The notes: generated by a model not told the origin, from the sequence alone. 64,000 bases of DNA from Abditibacterium sp. (GCA_965199495.1 CBDASK010000003.1:4128001-4192000); one strand, 5' to 3'. Positions 1 through 10,231 are shown, numbered from the stretch's first letter. Program-made: numbers and translations.

Positions 1-1952
1 GCGCCGACGTGGCTCAGTTGGTCGAAGGCGTCACCAAGCTCAAGCACATTCGTTTCGATACCAAGGCCGATAAACAAGCTGGGAATTTGCGCAAATTGTT
101 TTTAGCGATGTCGGGCGATGTGCGCGTGATTATCGTCAAGCTCGCCGACCGTTTGCATAATATGCGGACTTTGGATCCGTTCGAGCAGCGCAAGAAAATC
201 GAAATTTCCGAAGAGACGCTCTATATTTTTGCGCCAATCGCGCACCGTCTGGGCATCTGGCGCATCAAGTGGGAACTCGAAGACCGTTCGTTCAAATATC
301 TCGAACCTGACGTTTACAAACAGATTTATTCCCTCGTTTCGCGCACGCGCGCGCACCGCACGCAGCAGGTGCAACGCGCCATCCAAAACCTCACCGACAA
401 ACTCGCTTCCGAAGGCATCAAAGCCGAAGTGACCGGGCGGCCCAAGCATTTTTATTCGATATACCAAAAGATGCTCAAGCAGGGCCTCAAATTCGACGCG
501 ATTCACGACTTGATCGCCTTGCGCGTCGTCACGCAATCGGTGCCCGATTGTTATCACGCGTTGGGCGTCGTTCACGGTTTGTGGATGCAGGTGCCGGAAA
601 TGTTTTATGATTATATCGCGAAACCTAAACCGAATAATTACCAGTCTTTGCACACCAAAGTTTTGGATAATGAAGGCGAAATTTTAGAAGTGCAAATTCG
701 GACTTTAGAAATGCACCGCAACGCCGAATTTGGAATTGCCGCACACTGGCGTTATAAAGCCGACCAGCCCGCCGAGAAAGCCTTTGGCGACCGTCTTAAC
801 TGGTTGCGTCCGGTGTTGGAAATGCAACAGGAATCGAGCGAAGATAATCAATCGTATCTCGACAGTTTAAAAATAGATTTGGCGGCGGAACAGGTATTCT
901 GTTTCACTCCGCATGGCGACGTAATTTATTTGCCCAACGGCTCGACGCCGATTGATTTCGCTTATCGCGTTCACTCGGAAATCGGCGACAAATGCACCGG
1001 CGCCAAAGTCAACGGGCGCATCGTGCCGCTCAGCCATAAATTGCACAACGGCGATATTTGCGAGATCGTCACGAGTCGCAACTCCAAAGGCCCCAAACGG
1101 GGCTGGCTCGATTTCGTCACGACGCCGCACGCCAAAGCGCGCATCAAAGCGCACTTGCGCCGTTTGGATTTCGACATCAATTATCGGCAGGGTTTGCAGC
1201 GCTTGGAGAAAGCTGCGCGCTCGGAACGCCTGAAATTGGGCAACTTGGCCGAAAACGCGGCCATCGAAACCATAGCCAAACAGATGGGGCAAAAAAGCGC
1301 GGGCGAGTTGGTCGCGGCGATTGGCTATGGCGAGTATTCGGGCGAAAACGTGTTGAATCGGATTCGCACCGAACTCGAAACCGAAAATCGCACCTGCGAC
1401 AGCGCCGAAGAAGTTTCGGGAGCAGCCACGGCGCTGCTGCAGAAGCGGCCCAACCTCGAAATCGTCGAACAGCAGACGCAGGGCGAACTGGCGTTTGGTG
1501 AGAAAAAAGAAATAGAGTTAGACCCGACCCATGCCGAGGGTTTGTCGTATCATCTGGCGCGTTGTTGCGCGCCGATTCATGGCGACGATGTGCGCGGTTA
1601 CGTCACGCGCGGGCGGGGCATTTCGGTTCACCGCGACGATTGCGCGAATTTGCGTCACTACGAAACCCTCGAACCCGACCGCATCGCGCCCGCCGTATGG
1701 GCCGACAATAGCGCTAAACCTTATCAGGCATTGATCGGCGTCGAATGCACCGACCGTAGCGGACTTTTGGCCGATATTACCGTTTTAATCGCGGGCAAAG
1801 GTGTTAACATTAACGCAGTCAATACATATCCGTTAAAGCACGGCAGGGCCAGATTAAATTTCGCTGTTACTATCGGTGGAGCGATGCAATTGGATGATTT
1901 AATGCGCGTGGTTAAAAGCGTTGAAGGCGTGGTTAATGTGCATCGTGTGTGA
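1..1952 (+). CDS. relA: Bifunctional (p)ppGpp synthetase/hydrolase (Rel/SpoT), 5'-truncated by window edge
   Basis: KLADRLHNMRTL, APIAHRLG, GRPKHFYSIYQKM, YQSLHT, EVQIRT, TGS domain (FTPHGD...DFAYRVHS), CC/ZFD (ARCCAP...HRDDC) and C-terminal ACT. Confidence 0.96.
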   Translation, partial: ADVAQLVEGVTKLKHIRFDTKADKQAGNLRKLFLAMSGDVRVIIVKLADRLHNMRTLDPFEQRKKIEISEETLYIFAPIAHRLGIWRIKWELEDRSFKYLEPDVYKQIYSLVSRTRAHRTQQVQRAIQNLTDKLASEGIKAEVTGRPKHFYSIYQKMLKQGLKFDAIHDLIALRVVTQSVPDCYHALGVVHGLWMQVPEMFYDYIAKPKPNNYQSLHTKVLDNEGEILEVQIRTLEMHRNAEFGIAAHWRYKADQPAEKAFGDRLNWLRPVLEMQQESSEDNQSYLDSLKIDLAAEQVFCFTPHGDVIYLPNGSTPIDFAYRVHSEIGDKCTGAKVNGRIVPLSHKLHNGDICEIVTSRNSKGPKRGWLDFVTTPHAKARIKAHLRRLDFDINYRQGLQRLEKAARSERLKLGNLAENAAIETIAKQMGQKSAGELVAAIGYGEYSGENVLNRIRTELETENRTCDSAEEVSGAATALLQKRPNLEIVEQQTQGELAFGEKKEIELDPTHAEGLSYHLARCCAPIHGDDVRGYVTRGRGISVHRDDCANLRHYETLEPDRIAPAVWADNSAKPYQALIGVECTDRSGLLADITVLIAGKGVNINAVNTYPLKHGRARLNFAVTIGGAMQLDDLMRVVKSVEGVVNVHRV

Positions 1953-1960
1953 ATTATAAT

Positions 1961-2058
1961 TAGCCACAAAAAGGCGCAAAAGAAACAATTTATTGGAAGC
2001 ACTCGCTATTGCGCAGTTGCTTCCAATAAATTGTTTCTTTTGCGCCTTTTTGTGGCTA
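1961..2058. repeat. Perfect 41-bp inverted repeat between convergent genes (palindromic element, probable bidirectional terminator)
   Basis: TAGCCACAAAAAGGCGCAAAAGAAACAATTTATTGGAAGCA at 1961-2001 and its exact reverse complement at 2018-2058. Confidence 0.9.
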
Positions 2059-2059
2059 T

Positions 2060-3670
2060 TCAATACACATCGCGTCCGTAGCGTCCATCTTTGCTCATTT
2101 GCGCGACATAGGCTTTGGCTTCGTCTTCCGATTTGCCGCCGTGCTGGGCGATGATTGAGTGCAGCGCCGCGTCCACATCTTTGGCCATGCGCGAAGCGTC
2201 GCCGCAGACGGTGAAGTGCGCGCCCTCATCCAGCCACCGCCACAACTGCGCGCCTTCTTCGAGCATGCGGGTTTGCACATAAATCTTCGCGTCCTGATCG
2301 CGCGAGAACGCCAGACTGAGTTTGTTCAACACGCCCGACGCTTGATAATCCTCGATTTCGGATTGAAACAAAAAATCGGTTTCGCGCTTTTGGTCGCCGA
2401 AAAACAGCCAGTTTTTGCCTTGCGCTCCGGTCGCCGCGCGCTCTTCGAGAAACGCGCGAAACGGCGCGATGCCGGTGCCGGGGCCGACCATAATGAGCGG
2501 CGTGTCGCCGTTTGTCGGTGGCCGAAAACCGTGGCTCGGCTGCACAAAAACGCCGACTTTGCCGTGCGTCAACGCGCGGTCGCCCAAGAAAGTTGAAGCT
2601 ACGCCTTTGCGCGTGCGTTCGCCGCTCAGACCCGAATAGCGCACCATGCCGACGGTGAGATGAACTTCATCAGGATGCGCGCGCAGCGAACTCGAAATCG
2701 AATACAAACGCGGGCGCAGTGGCGATAGTTTGGAAATCAGAAAGCCGACGTGCGAAGCCGATGTCGGGCGCGCCGAGGGATGATCGTGCAAAATATCCAA
2801 AACGTCGCGGCCTTCGAGATAATTGCCCGCATCGGTCGCGGCCAATTCCTCCAATTTGGCGCGGTCGTCGGCGTTAGCGGCCAAGCCTGATAAGGCTTCT
2901 AAAAACTCGTCCGAAACGCGATTGACGACATAAGCCGCCGAAAGCGCGATGCGCGCGGGAATGACGCGGCCTTCGGGCGAATGCGTCGGCTCGTCGCCGG
3001 TCGCTTGCAGTTCGTCCAAAATGTCCTTCACCAGTTCGTCGCAGTTTTCGGGATAAACGCCCAACGCGTCGCCGACTTCATATTTTAGACCCGAACCGCG
3101 CAGACCAAACGAAACGAAGCGCACATCTTTCTGCGAATCTTTGCGCGTTAGAGGGCGAATTTCTAAAATCGGCGCCGGAAACGGATTGTCGCGCGTATAG
3201 AGCGGCGTCTCCGCATTTAAGTCGGGCGGCGTGGCTGCTGTTGTTGAGGGCGCGGCGGGAATATCGGCGCCAGCAGGTTTGAGGGTGATGAGTTCTTTGA
3301 GTTTGTTTTTGGTTTCGCGTCCGCCCGGCGTGCATTTCGAGATGTCTGCGTCGGCGCCCGACGCAATCGCTTCGGCGTAGGTCTGGCAGACGTAGCCGCA
3401 CGAACCGCAGTCGAGTTGCGCCATCGCCGCCATCAAAACGCGCGAGTAGGGCTTATCCTGCGCCAATTCCAAACGCTCGTCGAGGGCGAGCGCCGGGTCG
3501 TGCCACGCAAACTCTTCGTCTTCTTCGACAACGCTTGCGACAGTTTCATCGGTGGCGACAGAAACTTTGCCGCCTTCATCGAGATTGAGCAGACCCGCGA
3601 AAAAGCCGTTGAGCCAGGCGCGCTGCGACGCCGAAAACGGCGCGGATTCGGGAAGTAGAGGGAGAGACAT
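2060..3670 (-). CDS. CysJ-like FAD/NADPH flavoprotein with N-terminal Fe-S domain, likely electron donor to NirA
   Basis: CGSCGYVC...CTPGG Fe-S motif, RLYSISSS, GVAST, MVGPGTGIAPFRAF, WLFFG, VCGDA, C-terminal RYGRDVY; start taken at MSLPLLPE (3670). Confidence 0.88.
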   Translation of the reverse strand: MSLPLLPESAPFSASQRAWLNGFFAGLLNLDEGGKVSVATDETVASVVEEDEEFAWHDPALALDERLELAQDKPYSRVLMAAMAQLDCGSCGYVCQTYAEAIASGADADISKCTPGGRETKNKLKELITLKPAGADIPAAPSTTAATPPDLNAETPLYTRDNPFPAPILEIRPLTRKDSQKDVRFVSFGLRGSGLKYEVGDALGVYPENCDELVKDILDELQATGDEPTHSPEGRVIPARIALSAAYVVNRVSDEFLEALSGLAANADDRAKLEELAATDAGNYLEGRDVLDILHDHPSARPTSASHVGFLISKLSPLRPRLYSISSSLRAHPDEVHLTVGMVRYSGLSGERTRKGVASTFLGDRALTHGKVGVFVQPSHGFRPPTNGDTPLIMVGPGTGIAPFRAFLEERAATGAQGKNWLFFGDQKRETDFLFQSEIEDYQASGVLNKLSLAFSRDQDAKIYVQTRMLEEGAQLWRWLDEGAHFTVCGDASRMAKDVDAALHSIIAQHGGKSEDEAKAYVAQMSKDGRYGRDVY

Positions 3671-3752
3671 GGGAAAGGATAAAGGCTGAGGGATAAAGGA
3701 TGAAATTGGGTTGAAGAAATTTTTATTCTTCATCCTTTATCCTTGTTTTTGT

Positions 3753-3834
3753 CCACGTCTTTCTGAACGAGGCGAGAGCGCAACGGAAGCCCCGTTGAAT
3801 ACGTTGCGTTCTCGCCACGCTCAGAAAGACGTGG
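3753..3834. repeat. Imperfect palindromic element between nirA and the flavoprotein gene
   Basis: CCACGTCTTTCTGA..GGCGAGAGCGCAACG pairs with CGTTGCGTTCTCGCC..TCAGAAAGACGTGG. Confidence 0.75.
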
Positions 3835-3918
3835 GAAAAGTCGGATATTGGATAACAGATTTCGGATGGCAGATAGCGGAATGGGCCAAGAGAATTAAAC
3901 CATAAGGTAATCTTCAAC

Positions 3919-5730
3919 CTATCCGATATCCGAAACACAAATCGCGCTCAAATCCTCCGTTGTCTGGCGCGCGCTCCAACTGTAAAAGCTCTCCAACACG
4001 TCGGCGCGCCCCGACAGATACGCTTGCAGCAACTTACGCGTCACAATCGGCGCGTTGTCCGCCGTCACGTCGCGCGCGATTTCGCGGGCGATATTCTGCT
4101 GGTCTGCGTAGCCACCGCCGACATAAAGATGATAACCCTCGACTAAATCTTCGTCGGGCGCAACCTCGACTTTGGTGCCCATCCATCCGATGTCGCCGAT
4201 ATAATGCTGGGCGCACGAGTTGTTGCAACCCGTCAAATGAATGTTGATGTTTTGATCGAATTCGATCTGGCCATCGAGAAAATCGGCGATTTGCAGCGCG
4301 TGCGTTTTGGTATGGGCGTTGGCATACTTGCAGCCCGCCGCGCCCGTGCAAGCCACCAAACCCGCGCGCACGCCCGACGCCTGAAAATCCAAACCCAACT
4401 CCAACAGACGCGATTCGACGGCAGGTTTAGCAGCATCGGGAATGTCGGCGATCAGCAGGTTTTGCCAGACGGTCAAGCGGCAATCGCCGCTGCCGTAAGC
4501 GTCGGAAATCTCGGCCAATCCGCGCATTTGCACGCTCGTCATGCGACCAACCGGTAGCACGACGCCGACATAATTCAAGCCGTCCTGCTTTTGTGCGTGC
4601 CAACCGATGTGACCGGCGCGATCTAACGGCGGACGCGTTTCGCATTCCGACAACGGCAGTTTGAGCGATTCTTCGCCCCATTCTTTGAGGGTTTCTTCGA
4701 GAAATTTCTCGTGGCCCCATTCGTCCAAGAGGTATTTGAGCCGCGCCTTTTTGCGGTCTGCCCGGTTGCCGTTTTTGATAAACACGCGCACCGCCGCCGC
4801 CGCGAACGGTACGCATTGTTCGGGCGCCAGCAAAACGCCCTCATCTTTCGCGAAATCTTGGTGGCCAGTAATGCCGCCAAACGCGCAGCGAAAATAGACG
4901 CCGGGCGCATAAGGCACCGGCTCGGTCTGGCGCAACTCAACAGCGCTAAAACCGATGTCATTGGTTTCTTCGAGCGTGGCAATCGCGCCGCCGCCATCGA
5001 ACGAGATATTGAACTTGCGCGGCAAACCATACATCTCGCGGTGATTGAGAATATAATAGTGCATCTCACGCGCGAGTTCGCGCACGTCATACAACTCGTG
5101 CGGATCTAAACCCGCCGTTGCTGAACCAGTGACGTTACGGATATTATCGGCGCCCGAACCGCGCGCGACCAAACCGGCTTCGTGCAACGCCAGCAGAAAA
5201 TCAACGGCATCGGCGGCTTTAATTTCGCGAATTTGCAGATTGCCGCGCGTGGTGCAATCGGCGTAGTCGCCGCCGAACTTTTTAGAAATGCGCGCCATCG
5301 AACGCAGCTGATCCGACGAAATCAAGCCGCCGTAAAAGCGCAGACGGCACATATACGAATCCTGCGCGGGCGCGACGTAAAACAAGCCGTGATATTTCCA
5401 CATCAACACATCGGTGCCCTTGGGAAATTTATCGGATTTGGCGTGTTCCACGATTTGATCCCAGCGGTCGAATGGATGCAGTTCGCACTTGGCTTTCTCT
5501 TCGGGCACCAGTTTTTTGCCCGCCTTTTCCTGCGCGGCAGCGGCTTGCAAAGCCAATTTGTCCGGCCCTTCGAGTGCAGCCACGTCCGCCGTGGCTGCTG
5601 TTTGGCCATTGGCGAACGAGGGTAAACCGCGTAAATTGCGTGTCAGACCGGCTCCGGCGGTGAAGCCGGAGAGGTATTCTTTTTGTTCGGCGGAAAAATC
5701 TTGCGCAAGGGTTTCGAGGGCTTCGCTCAT
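3919..5730 (-). CDS. nirA: NirA-family siroheme/[4Fe-4S] nitrite reductase
   Basis: MCRLR, TTRGNLQ, ADNIRN, LPRKFNI, ACTGAAGCKY and TGCNNSCAQH siroheme/Fe-S ligand motifs. Confidence 0.9.
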   Translation of the reverse strand: MSEALETLAQDFSAEQKEYLSGFTAGAGLTRNLRGLPSFANGQTAATADVAALEGPDKLALQAAAAQEKAGKKLVPEEKAKCELHPFDRWDQIVEHAKSDKFPKGTDVLMWKYHGLFYVAPAQDSYMCRLRFYGGLISSDQLRSMARISKKFGGDYADCTTRGNLQIREIKAADAVDFLLALHEAGLVARGSGADNIRNVTGSATAGLDPHELYDVRELAREMHYYILNHREMYGLPRKFNISFDGGGAIATLEETNDIGFSAVELRQTEPVPYAPGVYFRCAFGGITGHQDFAKDEGVLLAPEQCVPFAAAAVRVFIKNGNRADRKKARLKYLLDEWGHEKFLEETLKEWGEESLKLPLSECETRPPLDRAGHIGWHAQKQDGLNYVGVVLPVGRMTSVQMRGLAEISDAYGSGDCRLTVWQNLLIADIPDAAKPAVESRLLELGLDFQASGVRAGLVACTGAAGCKYANAHTKTHALQIADFLDGQIEFDQNINIHLTGCNNSCAQHYIGDIGWMGTKVEVAPDEDLVEGYHLYVGGGYADQQNIAREIARDVTADNAPIVTRKLLQAYLSGRADVLESFYSWSARQTTEDLSAICVSDIG

Positions 5731-5905
5731 ACTTTAAAGAATGAGCGGATGATGTTTCGTTTGTCCGCCGCGCGATGTTTGCTTTAGGTGAACTTTCGGT
5801 TAACGGAGTGTTTCGGATGTCGGATATCCTATGCCAGATATTCGGATTGTGCGAGGCAGGTGAAGTCTTCCCTTAGCGCCATCTGATATTCGTTATCCAA
5901 AATCC

Positions 5906-6538
5906 ATGCCCCTTCCTCTTTTAGATTACTTGCGGTTTTGCGTCGGCGCGCTCGCTTTAATTGCGTCACCGGGCGCCGATTTCTTTTATGTCGCCACGCG
6001 CGGTTTGGCGGGCGGGCCGCGCGCTGGCGTCGCTTCGGCGTTGGGCATCGGCGCCGGTTTGTTGGTTCATACCACTTTGGCGGCGACCGGTTTGACGCTG
6101 TTGTTGCTGGCCTCAAGCTGGGTTTTCAATCTCGTCAAATGGCTGGGCGCGCTTTACTTAATTTGGATGGGCGTCAAAATTTTGCGTTCGGGCGACGAAT
6201 TGTTGACCGCGACCGACGTGGCTCCTATGGGCTTCGGGCGCACTTTTCGGCAGGGCGTTTTGACCAACGTTTTCAATCCCAAAGTCGCTTTAACGTTCGC
6301 GGCGTTTTTGCCGCAATTCATTGACACCAAGCACGCCAATCCGCAGGAGCAAATGGCATTTTTGGGCGTCATGTTGTGCGTTTTGGCGACGCTGTGGTTT
6401 TGCGGCATCGGTGCGTTCGCCGGACAGTTGGGCGCGTTTTTGCTGCGCTTTCCGAAATTTGGCAAAGGCATTCGCGTGGTCGCCGGAACCGTTTTGTGTT
6501 TGCTGGGCGCGCGATTGGCATTTGTGCCGCGCGGATAA
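5906..6538 (+). CDS. LysE/RhtB family translocator
   Basis: SPGADF, GIGAG, GALYLIWMG, TNVFNPK motifs; hydrophobic. Confidence 0.92.
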   Translation: MPLPLLDYLRFCVGALALIASPGADFFYVATRGLAGGPRAGVASALGIGAGLLVHTTLAATGLTLLLLASSWVFNLVKWLGALYLIWMGVKILRSGDELLTATDVAPMGFGRTFRQGVLTNVFNPKVALTFAAFLPQFIDTKHANPQEQMAFLGVMLCVLATLWFCGIGAFAGQLGAFLLRFPKFGKGIRVVAGTVLCLLGARLAFVPRG

Positions 6539-6546
6539 ATCAATTT

Positions 6547-7320
6547 ATGAAACTGCGATTTTTAGGTTCCGGCACTTCCTACGGCGTGCCCTATGTCGGC
6601 TGCGACTGCGAAGTTTGCACTTCGGACGATCCGCGCGACAAACGTTTGCGCGCCTCGATATTAGTCGAGCAGGGCGACACCCAAATCATCGTGGATACCG
6701 GCCCCGATTTTCGCCAGCAGTGTTTGCGCGCGGGTGTCACACATCTCGACGCGATTTTGTGGACGCATCTGCACAACGATCACATCATCGGGCTGGATGA
6801 CGTGCGGCCTTTATCGGACAAGCAGGGCTATATTCCCGCTTACGCCGATGCAGCCACGTTGGAGCGCTTACAACAAATTTTCGATTATGTCTTCGTGCAA
6901 GACCGCGATCATCCCGGCTTTCCGCGCGTGACGCCGCACGTTGTCGAGCCGGGACAAAAGTTACAATTCGGCGAAATTCAAGTCACGCCGCTACAAATTT
7001 TTCATGGCACGCGCCCGATTTTGAGCTACCAATTCGAGCATAACGGCCACCGCGCGGTTTATGCCACCGATTGTTCGGCGATTCCCGATGAAAGTATGAA
7101 AATCATGCGCGATTGCGATGTTTTCATCGTGGATGCGCTGCGCCATGCCGAACATCCCAACCATTTCAGTCTGGCGCAAGCCTTGGAAGCCATCGAAAAA
7201 ATTAATCCCAAACGCGCATTTTTGACGCACTTGACGCACGATTTGGGGCACGCCGTCACCGAGGCCGAATTGCCCGCGCGCGTGCGCATCGCGACCGATA
7301 ATTTGGAGTTGCAAATCTAA
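6547..7320 (+). CDS. MBL-fold metallo-hydrolase (PhnP/YycJ-like)
   Basis: FLGSGTSYGVP..CDCEVC, DTGPD, THLHNDHIIG, YATD, HLTHD; start at ATG 6547. Confidence 0.9.
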   Translation: MKLRFLGSGTSYGVPYVGCDCEVCTSDDPRDKRLRASILVEQGDTQIIVDTGPDFRQQCLRAGVTHLDAILWTHLHNDHIIGLDDVRPLSDKQGYIPAYADAATLERLQQIFDYVFVQDRDHPGFPRVTPHVVEPGQKLQFGEIQVTPLQIFHGTRPILSYQFEHNGHRAVYATDCSAIPDESMKIMRDCDVFIVDALRHAEHPNHFSLAQALEAIEKINPKRAFLTHLTHDLGHAVTEAELPARVRIATDNLELQI

Positions 7321-7321
7321 C

Positions 7322-8077
7322 ATGATGATTTCGCTGGAAGGCCAAACCGTCGTCGTGACGGGCGGCGCGCGCCGTTTGGGACGCGCCGTGGCTCTCGAAT
7401 GCGCGCGGTCGGGCGCGAACGTCGCCATCACATTTCGCACTTCTCACGATGCAGCCACGCGCACCGTTCAAGAATTGCGAGCCATCGCGCCGCACGCGCA
7501 ATTCGCGGCTTTTCCCTTGAACATATCTTTGAGTAAAGAGGTTGTCAAGTTCGTCGAAATCATAGAAAATGAATTTGGCGGCGCGACGGCTTTGGTTAAT
7601 AACGCCGCGATTTTCGAGCGCACGCCGGTTGAGACGATGGATGAAGCCGATTTCGATGCGCATATGGATGCGAATTTGAAAGGGGCTTATCTGCTTTCGA
7701 CGCATTTCGCGCGTTTGTTCGAGCGTGGAAACGGCGGGCATATCGTCAATTTCGCCGATATTCACGCGTGGCGACCATTGAGCAACTATGTTCCTTATTG
7801 TGTTTCTAAGGCGGGCGTCGTGATGCTGACGCAGAGCATGGCCAAGGCGTTGGCACCGCGCGTGCGCGTCAATTGTATCTGTCCGGGCACGATCCTTTTG
7901 CCGCACGGGCAGGGCAGCGCGGAAATGGGCGACGAGGCGGAACTCGTGGCGCGCATTCCGTTTGGGCGCCTGGGAACCGAAGCCGAAATCGCGCGCGCGG
8001 CGGTGTTTTTGCTGGGCGGCCCGGCGTTTATTACCGGCGCGATTTTGCCCGTTGATGGCGGCGAAAGTTTGCGTTGA
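7322..8077 (+). CDS. SDR oxidoreductase, pteridine reductase/FolM-like
   Basis: TGGARRLG, VNNAAIF, YCVSK (YxxxK), VDGG. Confidence 0.88.
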   Translation: MMISLEGQTVVVTGGARRLGRAVALECARSGANVAITFRTSHDAATRTVQELRAIAPHAQFAAFPLNISLSKEVVKFVEIIENEFGGATALVNNAAIFERTPVETMDEADFDAHMDANLKGAYLLSTHFARLFERGNGGHIVNFADIHAWRPLSNYVPYCVSKAGVVMLTQSMAKALAPRVRVNCICPGTILLPHGQGSAEMGDEAELVARIPFGRLGTEAEIARAAVFLLGGPAFITGAILPVDGGESLR

Positions 8078-8186
8078 AATCGTTGGCGCGTAAAAAACGT
8101 CATACTGTGTGCGCGCTGATGATATTGTGATTTTGAAGCCACGATATTTGCCAGAGTGCGCTGATTATTGGAATTGGAAAGTTCAA

Positions 8187-9173
8187 ATGGAACACGTTTT
8201 AATTGCCGAAGATAGTTTGGAAATCTCCGCGCTGATGGTGATATCTTTGCGTCTGGCTGGCTATCAGGTTTCGCAGGCGCACGATGGAAATCAGGCGCTG
8301 GAAATGGCGTCGTCTTTGCTGCCAGATCTCATATTGATGGACGTGATGATGCCCGGCATAGATGGATTTCAGGTCGCCGGAAAATTAAAAGATCAGGCTG
8401 CGACTACGGACATTCCGATTATTTTTGTGACCGCCAAAAGTGAGATTCCCGATAAAGTTCAGGGACTCGAAACGGCGGTGGATTATATCTCCAAACCGTT
8501 TGCCATGCCCGAACTGGTGGCGCGCGTGCGTTCGGCTTTGCGCATTCAACGTTTGCAGGTCGAGCTGAAGAAATCCAACGAAGAACTTTCGCGTTTGGCG
8601 CTGACCGACGGTTTGACCGGTTTATCGAATCGGCGCGGTTTCGATCAGCAGATCGAAGACGAAATTTGGCGCGCGCGGCGCTTCAATCACGGTTTGGGTT
8701 TGCTGATTTTCGATTTGGATCGCTTTAAAAGCGTCAACGACAACTGGGGCCACACGCAGGGCGACATCGTATTGCGCGCGTTCGCTGAAGTGTTGATGAA
8801 CTCGTCGCGTCGCGTGGACAAAATTGCGCGTTTTGGCGGCGAAGAGTTCGCGCTCTTGTTGCCCGGCACCGATGCCGAGGGCGTCGAGTTCGTCGGCGAG
8901 AAAGTGCGCGAAGCCACGCAACAGATGGAGGTTGAATGTCCGCCGTGCGGCGATGTCGTTTTGCGCGTCACTGTGTCGGTCGGCGGTATCACTCTGCCGA
9001 CGCTGGCCGAAAATGGCCCGTCGGTGGCTGATTTGGCGCGCGGTATGTTCGAGGTGGCTGACCATTGTTTATACGCCGCCAAAAATGGGGGCCGCAACCG
9101 CGTGGTGACGATGTCCGCAACCGAAAATGAGATCGTCAGTCGGGTGCAGATGGCCTCTCAACTCAGCCCGTAA
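8187..9173 (+). CDS. Response regulator-diguanylate cyclase (REC-GGDEF)
   Basis: LILMDVMMPGIDG, DYISKPF, TDGLTGLSNR, DLDRFKSVND, RFGGEEF. Confidence 0.93.
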   Translation: MEHVLIAEDSLEISALMVISLRLAGYQVSQAHDGNQALEMASSLLPDLILMDVMMPGIDGFQVAGKLKDQAATTDIPIIFVTAKSEIPDKVQGLETAVDYISKPFAMPELVARVRSALRIQRLQVELKKSNEELSRLALTDGLTGLSNRRGFDQQIEDEIWRARRFNHGLGLLIFDLDRFKSVNDNWGHTQGDIVLRAFAEVLMNSSRRVDKIARFGGEEFALLLPGTDAEGVEFVGEKVREATQQMEVECPPCGDVVLRVTVSVGGITLPTLAENGPSVADLARGMFEVADHCLYAAKNGGRNRVVTMSATENEIVSRVQMASQLSP

Positions 9174-9230
9174 CGCGCGCTTCAAACTAATAAGGCTCAT
9201 ATATTGCAACGAATCGAAAACGAGGGCGCT

Positions 9231-9692
9231 ATGACTTCCTTTGATATTCCCACTGGAAATGGCGGGACAATCGTTGAATTGGCCGCGCGCAAGCGTATTT
9301 TGGTCGTCGAGAGCGAAAACTCGGCTGCCGACGAATTGATTCGCATTTTGGAAGACGAGGGACACATCGTCGAAAACGCGTCCAACGCCGGAACTGCACT
9401 CTTGCATCTGCAACAGTTCAACCCGCAGTTGGTTTTGCTGGGCACCTACTTGTCCGATATGCCCGGCTATGAATTGACGGCAATTTTGCGCGGCGCGCCG
9501 CAATATGGCGCGCAGTTTCGTCATGTCGGATTATTATTCGTGGCCGACCGTCACAAGTTGCTCAAGCACCGTTTCGTTGGCGCGCCCGAAATCCCCATCG
9601 CGCAATACATTTTCAAACCGATCGACGAGGACGAAGTGCGCAGCAAAGTCGCGCGCGAAATCGAAAAGCGCAACCAAATCACGTTGTCCTAA
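9231..9692 (+). CDS. Atypical single-domain receiver protein
   Basis: RILVVE, PQLVLLGTYLSDMPGYEL (Gly at the phospho-Asp position), YIFKP. Confidence 0.8.
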   Translation: MTSFDIPTGNGGTIVELAARKRILVVESENSAADELIRILEDEGHIVENASNAGTALLHLQQFNPQLVLLGTYLSDMPGYELTAILRGAPQYGAQFRHVGLLFVADRHKLLKHRFVGAPEIPIAQYIFKPIDEDEVRSKVAREIEKRNQITLS

Positions 9693-9727
9693 AACGCTGG
9701 CTCCGAGATTGCTTTATCCTTTACCCG

Positions 9728-10231
9728 ATGAGAATCGAGTGGGATTTAAATTCGCGTCTGCGTGTGCGACCAGCGCACGAACACGATTTGCGGCCTTTGG
9801 AATGGCACGGCGGGCGCGATTTGCGCTCGTTTTACGAGGAAGTCTGGGAAAAACACGGCGCGCAGGAACTCTGTTATCTGGTCGCCGATTTCAACGGTTT
9901 TCCTGTTGGACAAGTTTTAGTGATTTGGAGCGGCAAACCCTCGCATCCTCATTTTCCCGACGTGCAATCCCTGCGCGTTCATCCGGCGTTTCGCGGGTTG
10001 GGCATCGGTTCGCGTTTGCTCGAAGCCGCCGAACAGTGCGCGCGCGAACACAGCCACGCCGAGTTGGGCTTGTCGGTCAGCATCGAAAATCCCAAGGCAC
10101 ACCGTTTATACGAGCGCTGTGGCTACGTCGTGCGCGGCGAACCGTATTTGGACGAGTGGAGCTATTGCAACGCGCGCGAAGAGTCGGTCACGCTCAGCGA
10201 AGTCGTGGTTGATTTAGTTAAACAATTGTAA
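9728..10231 (+). CDS. GNAT family N-acetyltransferase
   Basis: VHPAFRGLGIGSRLL acetyl-CoA motif, NPKAHRLYERCGY. Confidence 0.9.
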   Translation: MRIEWDLNSRLRVRPAHEHDLRPLEWHGGRDLRSFYEEVWEKHGAQELCYLVADFNGFPVGQVLVIWSGKPSHPHFPDVQSLRVHPAFRGLGIGSRLLEAAEQCAREHSHAELGLSVSIENPKAHRLYERCGYVVRGEPYLDEWSYCNAREESVTLSEVVVDLVKQL

